From an uncultured Bacilli bacterium (GTDB taxonomy: Bacteria > Bacillota_I > Bacilli_A > RF39 > UBA660), in assembly GCA_934101275.1 (NCBI GenBank), contig CAKOQM010000002.1, positions 1 through 61,021 of the forward strand: a DNA stretch of 61,021 bases. Reading direction: 5' to 3'. A program made the translations under genes and the position numbers. This document shows positions 38,986 through 48,890 of the stretch, in pieces (within the stretch, counting starts at the first letter, position 1; each line of letters starts with the position of its first letter). The notes below the pieces were generated by a model, which saw only the letters and a program-made list of their open reading frames with translations, had not been told where the DNA came from and did not search any database.

Positions 38986-39010
38986 GCTTTCGTAAAAAGA
39001 AAGCTTTTTT
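38986..39010 (+). terminator. rho-independent terminator closing the island operon
   Basis: GCTTTC (38986-38991), loop gtaaaaa, GAAAGC (38999-39004), then T6. Confidence 0.7.
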
Positions 39011-39085
39011 CTTTTATAAAATATTAAAGACAAAAGAAAGTAATTATGTTAAAATGTTTGTAGATGTAAATTAAAGGGTGGTAAT

Positions 39086-39871
39086 ATGGCAAAAGTTATT
39101 TCATTAGTAAACCAAAAAGGCGGTGTTGGAAAGACAACAACAAGTATTAATTTAGCGGCTGCTTTAGGCAAAGAAGGAAAAAAGACACTTTTAATAGATT
39201 TGGACCCTCAAGGAAATGCTTCCAATGGTCTTGGCTTAAATAATAATGATTTTGAGCATGATATCTATGATGTTATTACAGGTGCTTGCAACATAAAAGA
39301 AGCTATCATTAAAACAAAATTTAAAAATTTATCCATTATTCCAGCAACTATCAATTTAGCGGGTGTGGATGTCGAATTTATTAGGAAAATGTATGAAGAT
39401 ACAACATTCCATCAAAATGAACAATTAAGAATGTGTCTGGAAGAAATCAAAGATAAATATGATTATATCATTATTGATTGTCAACCATCACTAGGAACCA
39501 CGGCGATGAATGCTTTAGTCGCGAGTGATTCTGTCATCATTCCTGTTCAATGCGAATACTATGCTCTTGAAGGTATTACACAACTTTTAAATTCTATTAT
39601 AATGGTCCAAAATAAAATGAATCCTAATTTACGAATTGAAGGTGTTTTACTAACCATGCTAGATGGAAGAACAAACATTGGCTTAGAAGTTATTGAGGAA
39701 GTACGTAAATGCTTTAAATCCAAAGTATTTAATACGATTATTCCAAGACTTGTGCGTTTGGTAGAAGCTCCAAGTCATGGTAAACCTATCAGTGATTATG
39801 ACCCAACGAGCCGAGCTACTTTAGCTTATCAAAATTTAGCAAAGGAAGTGATTAGTCGAAATGGAGACTAA
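39086..39871 (+). CDS. parA: chromosome-partitioning ATPase ParA/Soj
   Basis: 261 aa. Deviant Walker A NQKGGVGKTTT, DLDPQGN, IIIDCQPSLG. Confidence 0.92.
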   Translation: MAKVISLVNQKGGVGKTTTSINLAAALGKEGKKTLLIDLDPQGNASNGLGLNNNDFEHDIYDVITGACNIKEAIIKTKFKNLSIIPATINLAGVDVEFIRKMYEDTTFHQNEQLRMCLEEIKDKYDYIIIDCQPSLGTTAMNALVASDSVIIPVQCEYYALEGITQLLNSIIMVQNKMNPNLRIEGVLLTMLDGRTNIGLEVIEEVRKCFKSKVFNTIIPRLVRLVEAPSHGKPISDYDPTSRATLAYQNLAKEVISRNGD

Positions 39872-40754
39872 GAGAAAAGCCTTAGGAAAAGGACTTGAGC
39901 AATTATTTTCAAATGAAGTCATTAATTTTGAAAACTTTGAAAAAAACACCATTGCTGAAGCAGAACAAAAAAGTACAGTTGGTGAAATTAAAGTAAGTGA
40001 AATAAGAAGTAATCCTTACCAACCTCGTAAAACTTTTAATGAAGAAACCTTAAATGAGCTTGCCGCGTCTATTAAAGAACATGGGGTCATTGAACCTATT
40101 ATTGTCAAAAAAGCGATTAAAGGTTATGAACTTGTTGCTGGTGAAAGAAGACTTAAAGCGGCTAAAATAGCAGGATTAGAAACCATTCCAGCCGTTGTGA
40201 GAGATTTTAATGACCAAGAAATGATGGAAATTGCTCTTTTAGAAAATATTCAAAGAGAAGATTTAAATCCTATAGATGAAGCGACGGCTTATCAAAAAAT
40301 TATTGAACTTGGTGGTTTTACGCAAGAAGAATTTGCCGAAAAATTCGGTAAAAGTAGAAGCCATGTTACTAATATGTTAGGGTTATTATCTTTACCTTCT
40401 TTAGTTAAAATATATGTTCAAGAAGGTCATTTATCTATGGGGCATGCAAGAGCTTTAAGTAAATTAACGGATGAAGAAAAAATAAATGAACTCGCTAATA
40501 AAGTGATTAAAGAAAACTTAAGCGTTCGGGCTTTAGAACAACTTTTAAATGAGGAACAACTACCTAAAAAACAAGAACAAGAAAAACAAAAAGAACCTAA
40601 AAATATTCGTAACTCTATTTACGAAAGAATGATGCGTGAAAAAGTTGGTACAAAAGTACGTATCAATACAAAAAAAATTGAAATTCCATATGATTCCCCT
40701 AAAGATTTAGAAAGAATCTTGGAAATACTAGGTATTAGAATTGAGGGATTATAA
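39861..40754 (+). CDS. parB: chromosome-partitioning protein ParB/Spo0J
   Basis: 297 aa. NPYQPRK, VAGERRLKAAKIAG, an HTH region, and overlap with parA. Confidence 0.92.
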   Translation: METKRKALGKGLEQLFSNEVINFENFEKNTIAEAEQKSTVGEIKVSEIRSNPYQPRKTFNEETLNELAASIKEHGVIEPIIVKKAIKGYELVAGERRLKAAKIAGLETIPAVVRDFNDQEMMEIALLENIQREDLNPIDEATAYQKIIELGGFTQEEFAEKFGKSRSHVTNMLGLLSLPSLVKIYVQEGHLSMGHARALSKLTDEEKINELANKVIKENLSVRALEQLLNEEQLPKKQEQEKQKEPKNIRNSIYERMMREKVGTKVRINTKKIEIPYDSPKDLERILEILGIRIEGL

Positions 40755-41563
40755 TGGAACGTATCTTTCAGTTTTTTTTCCAAAGAAAAATTGTTTTACC
40801 TATTTTAATTATTGTTTCCACATCCCTTTTAATTAAAGTGGGAAGAGCTATTATTAACCGTTTATTTACGCGTGGTAAAGGTAGTTTCGAAGCCAAAAGA
40901 AGAACCACTATTATCGAACTTATAACCAAAATTAGTACTTTCTTTATTTGTGCTATCGCGGTGATGATGATTTTAGATATTTATGGTGTTGATACAAAAG
41001 GTATTTTGGCCTCTTTAGGAATTGCTGGTGTTGTTTTAGGTCTGGCTCTTCAAGATACGGTCCAAGACCTTATGAGTGGAATTTATATTATTTTAGATAA
41101 TTACTATGTAATAGGAGATTATATACGAATTAATAATTTCTTAGGCGAAGTTATTGAAGTCACTTTAAAAAGCACAAAAATAAAAGGTGCCAATGGTGAA
41201 GTTTATATTTTTGCCAATCGTAATGTCAACGCTGTTGTGAATTTATCCCAACAACGCGCCGGCCTTGCTATTAAAATTCCGACGGCTTATGAAGAAACTA
41301 CGGAAAAAGTGGAAGAAGCTTTAAAAGAAGTTGTTGAAAAAAGTAAACAAATTTCCGGTGTTTTTAAAGATAGTAAATACTTAGGAATTGATTCTTTTGG
41401 TGATTCTGCCATAAATTATGCTATAATGATATACTGTAAGTCAAATGACCAGTGGAGCGTTAAAAGAGAAGTTCATAAATTGGTCAAAGAAATATATGAG
41501 GAAAAGAATATAAAGATTCCTTATAATCAGATTGAGGTGCATAATGGAAAAGAAATCATATAA
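40754..41563 (+). CDS. small-conductance mechanosensitive channel (MscS family)
   Basis: 269 aa. Three TM helices followed by LMSGIYIILDNYYVIGDYIRINNFLGEVIEVTLKSTKIK, the beta-domain motif. Confidence 0.85.
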   Translation: MERIFQFFFQRKIVLPILIIVSTSLLIKVGRAIINRLFTRGKGSFEAKRRTTIIELITKISTFFICAIAVMMILDIYGVDTKGILASLGIAGVVLGLALQDTVQDLMSGIYIILDNYYVIGDYIRINNFLGEVIEVTLKSTKIKGANGEVYIFANRNVNAVVNLSQQRAGLAIKIPTAYEETTEKVEEALKEVVEKSKQISGVFKDSKYLGIDSFGDSAINYAIMIYCKSNDQWSVKREVHKLVKEIYEEKNIKIPYNQIEVHNGKEII

Positions 41564-41741
41564 GCTAAATGATCATGTCATCATGAAAAAGCCCCATGCT
41601 TGTAAAACTAACGATTGGGTAATTACAAGAGTAGGAGTTGATATTAAACTCAAATGTTTTCATTGTCAAAGAGAAATCATGATGGACCGTTTAGAATTTG
41701 AAAGAAAATTAAAAAAAGTGATAGGTGATAACGGTGAATAG
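41544..41741 (+). CDS. DUF951-family small protein
   Basis: MEKKSYKLNDHVIMKKPHACKTNDWVITRVGVDIKLKCFHCQREIMMDRLEFERKLKKV. RBS GAGGTG lies before ATG 41544. Confidence 0.75.
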   Translation: MEKKSYKLNDHVIMKKPHACKTNDWVITRVGVDIKLKCFHCQREIMMDRLEFERKLKKVIGDNGE

Positions 41742-43272
41742 TAAAAAAACAAAAATAAGTTTACACCCTATTATGACCTTTCTTATTTTAACCTGTGTGA
41801 TAGTAATTTTAAGTGGTGTGTTATACTTACTGGATTTTAGTCAAACACTTTATACCATTAACGGAACAACCTTAGAATATTCCATGAGTACCGTGACGGT
41901 TCAAAATTTGTTTAGTTTTGAAGGACTTAAATATATCTTCTCTTCAACGGTTTCAAATTTTGTTTCTTTCGCCCCTTTAAGTACGTTAATTATTGTCTTA
42001 ATTGGTTTTGGTGTCATGGAAAAAAGTGGCTTTTTAAAAACCGCGATTACGGCTTTAACAAAAAAAATGAAACGTAATACTGTAACATTTATTTTGATTT
42101 TTCTAAGTATTATCGTGAGTATTTTTGGGGATTTATCTTATATCGTTTTATTACCTTTAAGCGCTTTGGTCTTTAAATATGGTAAAAGAAATCCTTTAAT
42201 AGGCGTTGTTGCTTCTTTTGCCGGCCTTACCTGTGGTCAAGGCTTGTCTGTAATATTTACGAGTGTCGATAGTTCTTTACTAAGTCTTTCTCTTACAAGT
42301 GCAAGAGTGATTGATATGGGATATCGTATGGCTTCTATTAGTGCTATCTTTATTATGGCTGTGGCTGTTTTTGTGCTCACGTATGTTCTTACGATGCTAA
42401 CTGAGAAAAAAGTGGCTCCAAAGTTAAATAAATATGAAGTTGCTGAGGTTTTAGAAGAAGATGAAGGTATTCTTACGAAAAGAGAATTACGAGGCCTTGT
42501 TTTCTCTTTATTTGCCGGGGCGATTTATATTCTTATTTTCATTTATAACATTATCCCAGGTCTTCCTTTATCTGGTAAGCTTTTAGATAATAGCCAAGTT
42601 TTATATGTTGATAAGTTATTTAGTTATAACTCTTTCTTCTCTAATGGATTTGTCTTTATCGTAACTATTTTCTTTGTTATCCTAGGTTTATTTTATGGCC
42701 TTGGAGCTCGTACTATTAAAAATCATCAAGATTTTGTGGATACCCTTGGCCATTCTTTAGATAACATTGGTAAAACTTTAGTCTTAATATTTTTTGCTTC
42801 TTTGTTTATAAGCTTATTTAAATATACCAATATTGGCACTATTTTGGTTGCTTTCTTAGCTAATTTATTTTCTAAGACAGGCTTCCAAGGATTACCACTT
42901 ATTATCATGCTTTTCTTAGTAAGTTCTGTAGCAACGATTTTTATTCCTAATTCGGTAACAAAATGGACTATTTTATCCCCTGTTGTTATTCCAGTTTTTA
43001 TGAATGCCGGCATGACACCTGAATTTAGTCAAATTATTTTCCGTTTTGGGGAAAGTATGACAATGGGTCTTACTCCTTTAATGGCTTACTTTGTTATTTA
43101 TTTAGCTATTTTAAATGATTATTGTAAGAAAGAAAACTCTATTGGCATTACAGATTCTTTAAAACTCCAAGTGCCTTATGCTATAGTAACAGGATTAATT
43201 TTACTATGTATTTTAATTTTATGGTATGTCATCGGTTTACCGACAGGTATTAATGGTGCGACTATTTTATAA
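41725..43272 (+). CDS. AbgT-family (aminobenzoyl-glutamate type) transporter
   Basis: 515 aa, a polytopic membrane protein with a family-like pattern (…GMTPEFSQIIFRFGESMT…). GTG start; 41725 and 41734 are both possible. Confidence 0.75.
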   Translation: MITVNSKKTKISLHPIMTFLILTCVIVILSGVLYLLDFSQTLYTINGTTLEYSMSTVTVQNLFSFEGLKYIFSSTVSNFVSFAPLSTLIIVLIGFGVMEKSGFLKTAITALTKKMKRNTVTFILIFLSIIVSIFGDLSYIVLLPLSALVFKYGKRNPLIGVVASFAGLTCGQGLSVIFTSVDSSLLSLSLTSARVIDMGYRMASISAIFIMAVAVFVLTYVLTMLTEKKVAPKLNKYEVAEVLEEDEGILTKRELRGLVFSLFAGAIYILIFIYNIIPGLPLSGKLLDNSQVLYVDKLFSYNSFFSNGFVFIVTIFFVILGLFYGLGARTIKNHQDFVDTLGHSLDNIGKTLVLIFFASLFISLFKYTNIGTILVAFLANLFSKTGFQGLPLIIMLFLVSSVATIFIPNSVTKWTILSPVVIPVFMNAGMTPEFSQIIFRFGESMTMGLTPLMAYFVIYLAILNDYCKKENSIGITDSLKLQVPYAIVTGLILLCILILWYVIGLPTGINGATIL

Positions 43273-43275
43273 TGC

Positions 43276-43311
43276 AAAACTGCTTAAGTTGAAAGAACGG
43301 GGCAGTTTTTT
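43276..43311 (+). terminator. terminator after the transporter gene
   Basis: AAAACTGC (43276-43283) pairs with GCAGTTTT (43302-43309), with an 18-nt loop and a run of T. Confidence 0.45.
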
Positions 43312-43392
43312 AAATTTCCTGCAAATAAGCTTTAAAAATAAACATTTAATTGATATAATTTAAGACGTGTAAACACGTAAAGGAGTGAGATT

Positions 43393-44493
43393 ATGGCTTT
43401 AAAAGCAGGTATTGTTGGTTTGCCTAATGTGGGTAAGTCGACGTTATTTAATGCCATTACAAAAAAACATATTTTAGCCGCGAATTATCCATTTGCCACT
43501 ATTGAACCTAATGTGGGTGTTGTTACGGTTCCTGATTCTAGACTATCTTTTTTAGAAGATATGTATGTTCCTAAAAGTACGGTGCCAACCTCTTTTGAAT
43601 TTACCGATATCGCGGGCCTTGTCAAAGGGGCTTCTAAAGGTGAAGGCTTAGGCAATAAATTTCTATCCCATATTAGAGAAGTCGATGCCATTGTGGAAGT
43701 GGTTCGTTGTTTTGAAGATGAAAACATAATTCACGTATCAGGAAAAATTAGCCCAATTGATGACATTGAAATTATTAATGTAGAGCTTGTCCTAGCGGAT
43801 TTGGAAATTGCCCAGAATAGATTAGACAAAATAGCCAAAAAAGCCCAAACAACAAAAGAAAAGGACGTCGTTTTAGAGTATGAAACCTTACGTAAATGTG
43901 TAGAAGCTCTTATGCAAAACAAACCCATTCGTTCTTTAGATTTAAATGAAGATGAAAAGTTAATTATCAAAAACTTTAGTTTTATAACAGCTAAGCCGAT
44001 TATTTACGTTGCCAATGTTAAAGAAGATGACATTGTTTTAGGCGATAATGACTACTCTAAACAAGTTAAGGAATATGCTTCAAAAGAGGGTTCTGGCGTC
44101 ATTGTTATGTGCGCGGAGTTAGAAAGTCAAATGGCTGAACTAGAAGAAAGTGACAAAAAAGAATTTTTAAAAGAATTAGGAATTTCTTCAAGTGGTTTAG
44201 ATAAACTTATTTTTGCTACTTATGATTTACTTGGTTTACAAACATTTTTTACAGTAGGACCAGATGAATGCCGGGCTTGGACATTTAAAAAAGGAATGAC
44301 AGCAAAATCATGTGCGGGTCTTATTCATTCTGATATCGAAAGAGGCTTTATTAAAGCTGAAATTATGAAATACAGTGATTTAGAGGCCCTAGGCAGTGCC
44401 AAAGAAGTTCAAGAAGCCGGGAAATTATATTTAGAAGGTAAAGATTACCTTATGCAAGACGGCGATATTGCTTATTTTAGATTTAATGTATAG
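43393..44493 (+). CDS. ychF: redox-regulated ATPase YchF
   Basis: 366 aa. GLPNVGKSTLFNA, DIAGLVKGAS, and a C-terminal TGS-like region with DGDIAYFRFNV. Confidence 0.95.
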   Translation: MALKAGIVGLPNVGKSTLFNAITKKHILAANYPFATIEPNVGVVTVPDSRLSFLEDMYVPKSTVPTSFEFTDIAGLVKGASKGEGLGNKFLSHIREVDAIVEVVRCFEDENIIHVSGKISPIDDIEIINVELVLADLEIAQNRLDKIAKKAQTTKEKDVVLEYETLRKCVEALMQNKPIRSLDLNEDEKLIIKNFSFITAKPIIYVANVKEDDIVLGDNDYSKQVKEYASKEGSGVIVMCAELESQMAELEESDKKEFLKELGISSSGLDKLIFATYDLLGLQTFFTVGPDECRAWTFKKGMTAKSCAGLIHSDIERGFIKAEIMKYSDLEALGSAKEVQEAGKLYLEGKDYLMQDGDIAYFRFNV

Positions 44494-44528
44494 TTTTCTT
44501 TAAAGAAAACTATATTTGCGGTATGTAA

Positions 44529-44551
44529 AGGAGAACGTCAGTTCTCTTTTT
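44529..44551 (+). terminator. ychF terminator
   Basis: GAGAAC (44531-44536), loop gtca, GTTCTC (44541-44546), then T5. Confidence 0.6.
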
Positions 44552-44590
44552 ATAAAAAATAGATCTTTTTAAAAAGTCTATTTTAGATTA

Positions 44591-44965
44591 CTATACATTT
44601 TCTTTTAGTTTTAAAATTTCTTCTTCAGATAGATTCGTGATACTTATTATGTCATTTATAGGGATATTTCTTATCTCGATGCGTCCTTCTTTTTTGCCAA
44701 TATCAATACCCGCAGCTAAACCTGCCGCATTCGCTTTTTTAAGCTCGGTATTATGATACTTTGATTCATCTTCTTCTTTGGTCATATAACTAAAGAATTC
44801 TGGGTCTTCATTTACTTTTCTAACTTCATTCATAAATTTAATCACCTTTCTATCTCTTGGTAACTTAGCCAAGTCTTCTTCATTTAAATCAAGCATAATT
44901 AAATACTTGAATTTATCAATGTTTACTTCGTCTTTAGCATACCAATAATTTAAGACTTTGTCCAT
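44591..44965 (-). CDS. hypothetical protein; the C-terminus resembles the tail of Rpn/YhgA-type (transposase_31) proteins, so it may be a gene remnant
   Basis: 124 aa. ...AAGLAAGIDIGKKEGRIEI...ISITNLSEEEILKLK resembles the repeated-helix C-terminus of that family. No nuclease core is present. Confidence 0.35.
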   Translation of the reverse strand: MDKVLNYWYAKDEVNIDKFKYLIMLDLNEEDLAKLPRDRKVIKFMNEVRKVNEDPEFFSYMTKEEDESKYHNTELKKANAAGLAAGIDIGKKEGRIEIRNIPINDIISITNLSEEEILKLKENV

Positions 44966-45070
44966 ATTCCATTCGACAATTTCATGTCTTTGACCTGAGG
45001 GTTATTTTATTTTTATTGAGTAAAAAAATAGGCCATGATATAATTAAAACATGAAGGAGGAATTTTAATT

Positions 45071-45721
45071 ATGGATAAACAAGCCGTGTTATCTAAGGTA
45101 TTTATGTGGATGTTCATAGGCCTTTTGGTTACTTTTTTAACCGGATACGTTGTTTCATTAAATCCTACTATGCTTTTAAGCATTTTTGGAGACGCTGGCT
45201 ATTTTGTTTGTGTTATTGTAGAACTTGTTCTTGTTATTTTCTTATCCACACATATTAGCAAAATGAGTCCAGCAACCGCGAAAGTAAGTTTTTTACTTTA
45301 TTCGTTTGTAACAGGTTTAACTTTTGCTAGTATCTTTGTTGTCTATGAACTTACGAGTATTATTTATGTATTTTTAATTACAGCCTTAGTTTTTGGTCTT
45401 TTTGCTTTCATTGGAGCAACAACAAAAATGGATTTAACGAAAATGGGAACGTATTTACTTATGGCACTAGTAAGTGTTCTTATTTGTCTTTTAATTAATA
45501 TGTTTATTAAAAGTTCATCATTTTCACTTATTATTTCCATTATATCTGTTTTGATATTCATTGGTTATACATCATACGATGTTCAAAAAGTATTAAGGCT
45601 TTATGACAATAATGTTTTACCAGAAGAAAATTTAGCTATTTATGGAGCACTTGAACTTTATTTAGACTTTATTAATATTTTTCTTGAATTACTAAAATTC
45701 TTTGGTAGGGACAAAGATTAA
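45071..45721 (+). CDS. Bax inhibitor-1/YccA-family membrane protein
   Basis: 216 aa with 7 hydrophobic helices and the ...FIGYTSYDVQKV... motif. Confidence 0.85.
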   Translation: MDKQAVLSKVFMWMFIGLLVTFLTGYVVSLNPTMLLSIFGDAGYFVCVIVELVLVIFLSTHISKMSPATAKVSFLLYSFVTGLTFASIFVVYELTSIIYVFLITALVFGLFAFIGATTKMDLTKMGTYLLMALVSVLICLLINMFIKSSSFSLIISIISVLIFIGYTSYDVQKVLRLYDNNVLPEENLAIYGALELYLDFINIFLELLKFFGRDKD

Positions 45722-45763
45722 AAAGATGGTTTTCATCTTTTTTTTCATAGAATAGGTGGTACA

Positions 45764-46453
45764 ATGAAAGTTATATTTTTTATGTGGCATGTCGTTTTAG
45801 CAATAGAAAGTATTTTGCTTATGAAGCAAAGATTTCGTAAAAAAGGCACTTTGTTATTAGGGATGAACACTATACTTACTGTTTATCATATCTTCTTTTT
45901 CAAAAATATTTCTAACATGATTTTGGATGTAAAAGATATTTTAAATCATACGTTTTTTACAGGTTTTCTTTTTGTTTTATATAATACTATAGTGATATTT
46001 TATGTTACTTATCTTTTATATTCTTTGAAAAACAGAAGAAGGTTAAAGAAAAGTTTATCTTTTTTAATTTATTTAATCGAAGCTATATTAATCCTTTATT
46101 TTATTTTACTTCTTTTTCAGAATCAGGCTATTTATCTTTATTTTGTAATTTTTCTATGGAGTTTGTATTTTTTTATAAAAAAATTTTTGGAAACAAACAA
46201 AAGTATTTATATCGGTATTTTCCTACTTTTCTTTGTTCTTGGAAGTTATACTTTTTTCACTTATACAGGTGCAGCTCGTTTTTCTATTGCTTTACAAGGA
46301 TATGTAAAAGAAGCATATGAAACCGGGTTAGAAGAACTAAATTTCTTGCAGGAAAAAAATATTCGCAAGTACAGTCCTATTCAAAATATTGATGAAAACA
46401 TAAATATTATTGAAGTAAGAAAATATATCTTGCTTAAAGTTGGTAGAGTTTAA
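45764..46453 (+). CDS. polytopic membrane protein, unknown function
   Basis: 229 aa with 5-6 hydrophobic helices. No family was recognised. Confidence 0.45.
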   Translation: MKVIFFMWHVVLAIESILLMKQRFRKKGTLLLGMNTILTVYHIFFFKNISNMILDVKDILNHTFFTGFLFVLYNTIVIFYVTYLLYSLKNRRRLKKSLSFLIYLIEAILILYFILLLFQNQAIYLYFVIFLWSLYFFIKKFLETNKSIYIGIFLLFFVLGSYTFFTYTGAARFSIALQGYVKEAYETGLEELNFLQEKNIRKYSPIQNIDENINIIEVRKYILLKVGRV

Positions 46454-46504
46454 TTTGCAATTTTTAACGATTTTGATATAATAATTTCTAAGAAAAACGA
46501 AAGT

Positions 46505-47410
46505 GTGGTGGGGTTTATGCAAACAATAAAAACAAGGACAATTATGACGAAATCAGACCAAGGTAATCGATGGTTTGGCATAGATTACCATATGAATTTG
46601 TATAAAGGTTGCAATATGGGGTGTATTTATTGTGACTCAAGATGTGAAGCCTATCACATAGATGACTTTGATCAAGTAAAAATAAAAGAAAATGCCCTTG
46701 AAATACTAGAGGAAGAACTTAAAAGTAAAAAAATGAAAGGTGTTGTTTCTTTTGGTTCCTTATCGGATCCTTACAATCCTTTAGAAGAAGAGTTAGAATT
46801 AACCAGAAATGCTTTAAAACTTATTTTAAAATATGGTTTTGGTGTTTCAATTGATACAAAAAGTGATCTTATTTTAAGAGATATTGATTTACTTAAAGAA
46901 ATTGAAAAGAAAAATAGTGTTATTATAAAAATTTCGATTACAACGTTTGATGATGAACTTGCCAGGAAGATAGAACCTCGAGTAATAAGTTCAACAAAAC
47001 GTTTTGAAGTTGTCCAAAAATTAAGTGAAAGTGGACTGTATACAGGTGTACTTATGACCCCGGTCTTACCTTTTTTAACGGATACCGAAGAAAATGTTTT
47101 AAAAATGATTGAGAAAACCAAAAATGCGGGGGCGAAATTCTTATATAGTCGCATGGGAATGAACTTGAAAACAAATCAAAAAAACTTTTACTATAATGCC
47201 TTAGATATTTTATATCCAGGGTTAAAAGAGGATTATATAGCGGTTTATGGTAACCGAACAATATGTAATACTCTTCAATATCGACATTTAATGGAGCTAT
47301 ATTTAAAACGTTGTAGTGAAGCCCATTTACTTACGGATATGGATATGATTATTGAAGAATATAAAAAAGAAGTTCCTCAAAATGAACAAATGAGTTTATT
47401 TGATTGGTAA
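46505..47410 (+). CDS. radical SAM protein, SPL/SplB-like (COG1533 type)
   Basis: YKGCNMGCIYCDSR (CxxxCxxC) near the N-terminus; about 300 aa. ATG 46517 is an alternative start. Confidence 0.8.
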   Translation: MVGFMQTIKTRTIMTKSDQGNRWFGIDYHMNLYKGCNMGCIYCDSRCEAYHIDDFDQVKIKENALEILEEELKSKKMKGVVSFGSLSDPYNPLEEELELTRNALKLILKYGFGVSIDTKSDLILRDIDLLKEIEKKNSVIIKISITTFDDELARKIEPRVISSTKRFEVVQKLSESGLYTGVLMTPVLPFLTDTEENVLKMIEKTKNAGAKFLYSRMGMNLKTNQKNFYYNALDILYPGLKEDYIAVYGNRTICNTLQYRHLMELYLKRCSEAHLLTDMDMIIEEYKKEVPQNEQMSLFDW

Positions 47411-47476
47411 TTATTACAAGTACCCTTTGGGTATTTTTTTTGTGTATTAACTCATAATAATCTTGAGGTGAAAAAA

Positions 47477-47659
47477 ATGAGTGAAAAAAATTTATTGTAT
47501 ATTGAAGATGCATTAGCCCATCTGGAATATTTTAAAAGACATTTGTGTATTAATGAAGAATGTTTAAGTGAGAATAAAGAAGTTTCTCTTTTAAAGAAAT
47601 TTGCAAAAAAAACAGATCGTTTATATGGCAATTTCTATGATTTATTGAAAGGAGATTAA
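47477..47659 (+). CDS. small hypothetical protein
   Basis: 60 aa from ATG 47477, with RBS GAGG 8 nt upstream. It is adjacent to the CotF-like ORF. Confidence 0.4.
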   Translation: MSEKNLLYIEDALAHLEYFKRHLCINEECLSENKEVSLLKKFAKKTDRLYGNFYDLLKGD

Positions 47660-47662
47660 TAT

Positions 47663-47923
47663 ATGGATAATAAAACGATGTTAGAAGGTATTCTATGGGA
47701 TTTAAAATGCTTAGGAGATTTATTTTTGCACGGAACGATTGAATCGGCAGATAATAAAGTTCTTCATAATACATTTTTTGATGGTTTAAATTCTGTTTTG
47801 GAAATGCAAGATAATTTATATACTTTAATGAGCGAAGAACAAATGTATAAAACGTCAACCGTTTCGAATACTAAAATAAATAATGTTCGTTCCAAATTTA
47901 ATGAAAATTTAGAAGAAGCGTAA
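47663..47923 (+). CDS. Coat F (CotF)-like small helical protein
   Basis: LEGILWDLKCLGDLFLHGTIESADNKVLHNTFFDGLNSVLEMQDNLYTLMSEEQMYK follows the Coat_F helical pattern. Confidence 0.55.
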   Translation: MDNKTMLEGILWDLKCLGDLFLHGTIESADNKVLHNTFFDGLNSVLEMQDNLYTLMSEEQMYKTSTVSNTKINNVRSKFNENLEEA

Positions 47924-47983
47924 TTTCTTCTTTTTTTCACATTTCTAACAAATTTTATCTTTAGAATAGATATTGGTGATGCT

Positions 47984-48115
47984 ATGAAAGGTAATATAAA
48001 AAGTTTTCTTGTTTGTCTTGTTTCTTTATTAGCCATTTCATGTGTATTTATCCTTATGGTTATTAGTTTAAAAGAAGATATCAAACAAAATAATATAACA
48101 ATTTCTACAACTTAA
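47984..48115 (+). CDS. possible 43-aa hydrophobic peptide (below ORF-track cutoff)
   Basis: MKGNIKSFLVCLVSLLAISCVFILMVISLKEDIKQNNITISTT*. It has one TM helix, and a terminator follows. Confidence 0.3.
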   Translation: MKGNIKSFLVCLVSLLAISCVFILMVISLKEDIKQNNITISTT

Positions 48116-48123
48116 TAAAGAAA

Positions 48124-48153
48124 GGACTATCCAAATAGAGATAATCCTTTTTT
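48124..48153. terminator. terminator between convergent genes
   Basis: GGACTATC (48124-48131) pairs with GATAATCC (48140-48147) with one mismatch, followed by T6. An A-rich tract lies upstream. Confidence 0.5.
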
Positions 48154-48703
48154 AAATTTTAAAATCATTTATTTCAATATCTGTCATATCTTTACCATCA
48201 AAAAATGGTTTTGATTTTATTTTATGTATTTTAGCAATGATATTATTAGGAAATTTACGAATGTAGGCATTAAGAATGTTCATTTTTTTATTGTAATAAG
48301 AAATGCCAGCCGTTAATTTTTCATCAATATCTTTAAAATCTTGCATAATTTCTTTCATATTTTCATTTTTGTTAAGTTCGGAGTTGTCATTATATAAATT
48401 TTCAATAATATTTTCGGCTTGTTTTAATTTTCTTTCAAAATCAAAATTACTAATCGCCTCATCTTTATCAATAATATAGTCTTTTAAATAATCTTTTTTG
48501 GTATTTAAGTTATTTTTAATCACGTCATCGGCTCTTCTTACAATATCGTATTTTTTTCTTAAATCTTCATCAATTAAACATTCTACGTGTTCTATTTTTG
48601 TTTTTCCAAATTGTAAACGATTGTATATATTTATATAAAAAATAGCGAGAAAACATAATAAAGCAAGAATTAATAAAACAATCATCCAAAGTTCCATACA
48701 CAT
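48152..48703 (-). CDS. LemA-family membrane protein
   Basis: 183 aa. N-terminal TM helix, YNRLQ..., and C-terminal YYNKKMNILNAYIRKFPNNIIAKI, the LemA signature region. Confidence 0.85.
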   Translation of the reverse strand: MCMELWMIVLLILALLCFLAIFYINIYNRLQFGKTKIEHVECLIDEDLRKKYDIVRRADDVIKNNLNTKKDYLKDYIIDKDEAISNFDFERKLKQAENIIENLYNDNSELNKNENMKEIMQDFKDIDEKLTAGISYYNKKMNILNAYIRKFPNNIIAKIHKIKSKPFFDGKDMTDIEINDFKI

Positions 48704-48890
48704 CTCCTACCTTTGACAACATTTTAACATGTCTTTTTTTAGATGTAAATTAATGAAGCTCAAAAATATAAATTATTAGTATTTTCACGTTTTAAAAAAG
48801 CTGTAATGGCGCGATGATAATTACTATTTTTAATATTGTTAAAGTGATAAAAATAGGGTAAAATCAAGATAGTAGAAAAGAGGTAAGAAA

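Noticed and set aside
42726-43970. Minus-strand ORFs 42726-43013, 43485-43727 and 43731-43970
   Set aside because: They are antisense to the AbgT transporter and ychF genes, with no independent support.
45364-48084. Minus-strand ORFs 45364-45561, 46337-46522, 46771-47154, 47052-47261, 47550-47858 and 47764-48084
   Set aside because: Each overlaps a better-supported plus-strand gene (the BI-1, membrane protein, radical SAM and CotF-like genes). Their compositions are typical of antisense AT-rich frames.
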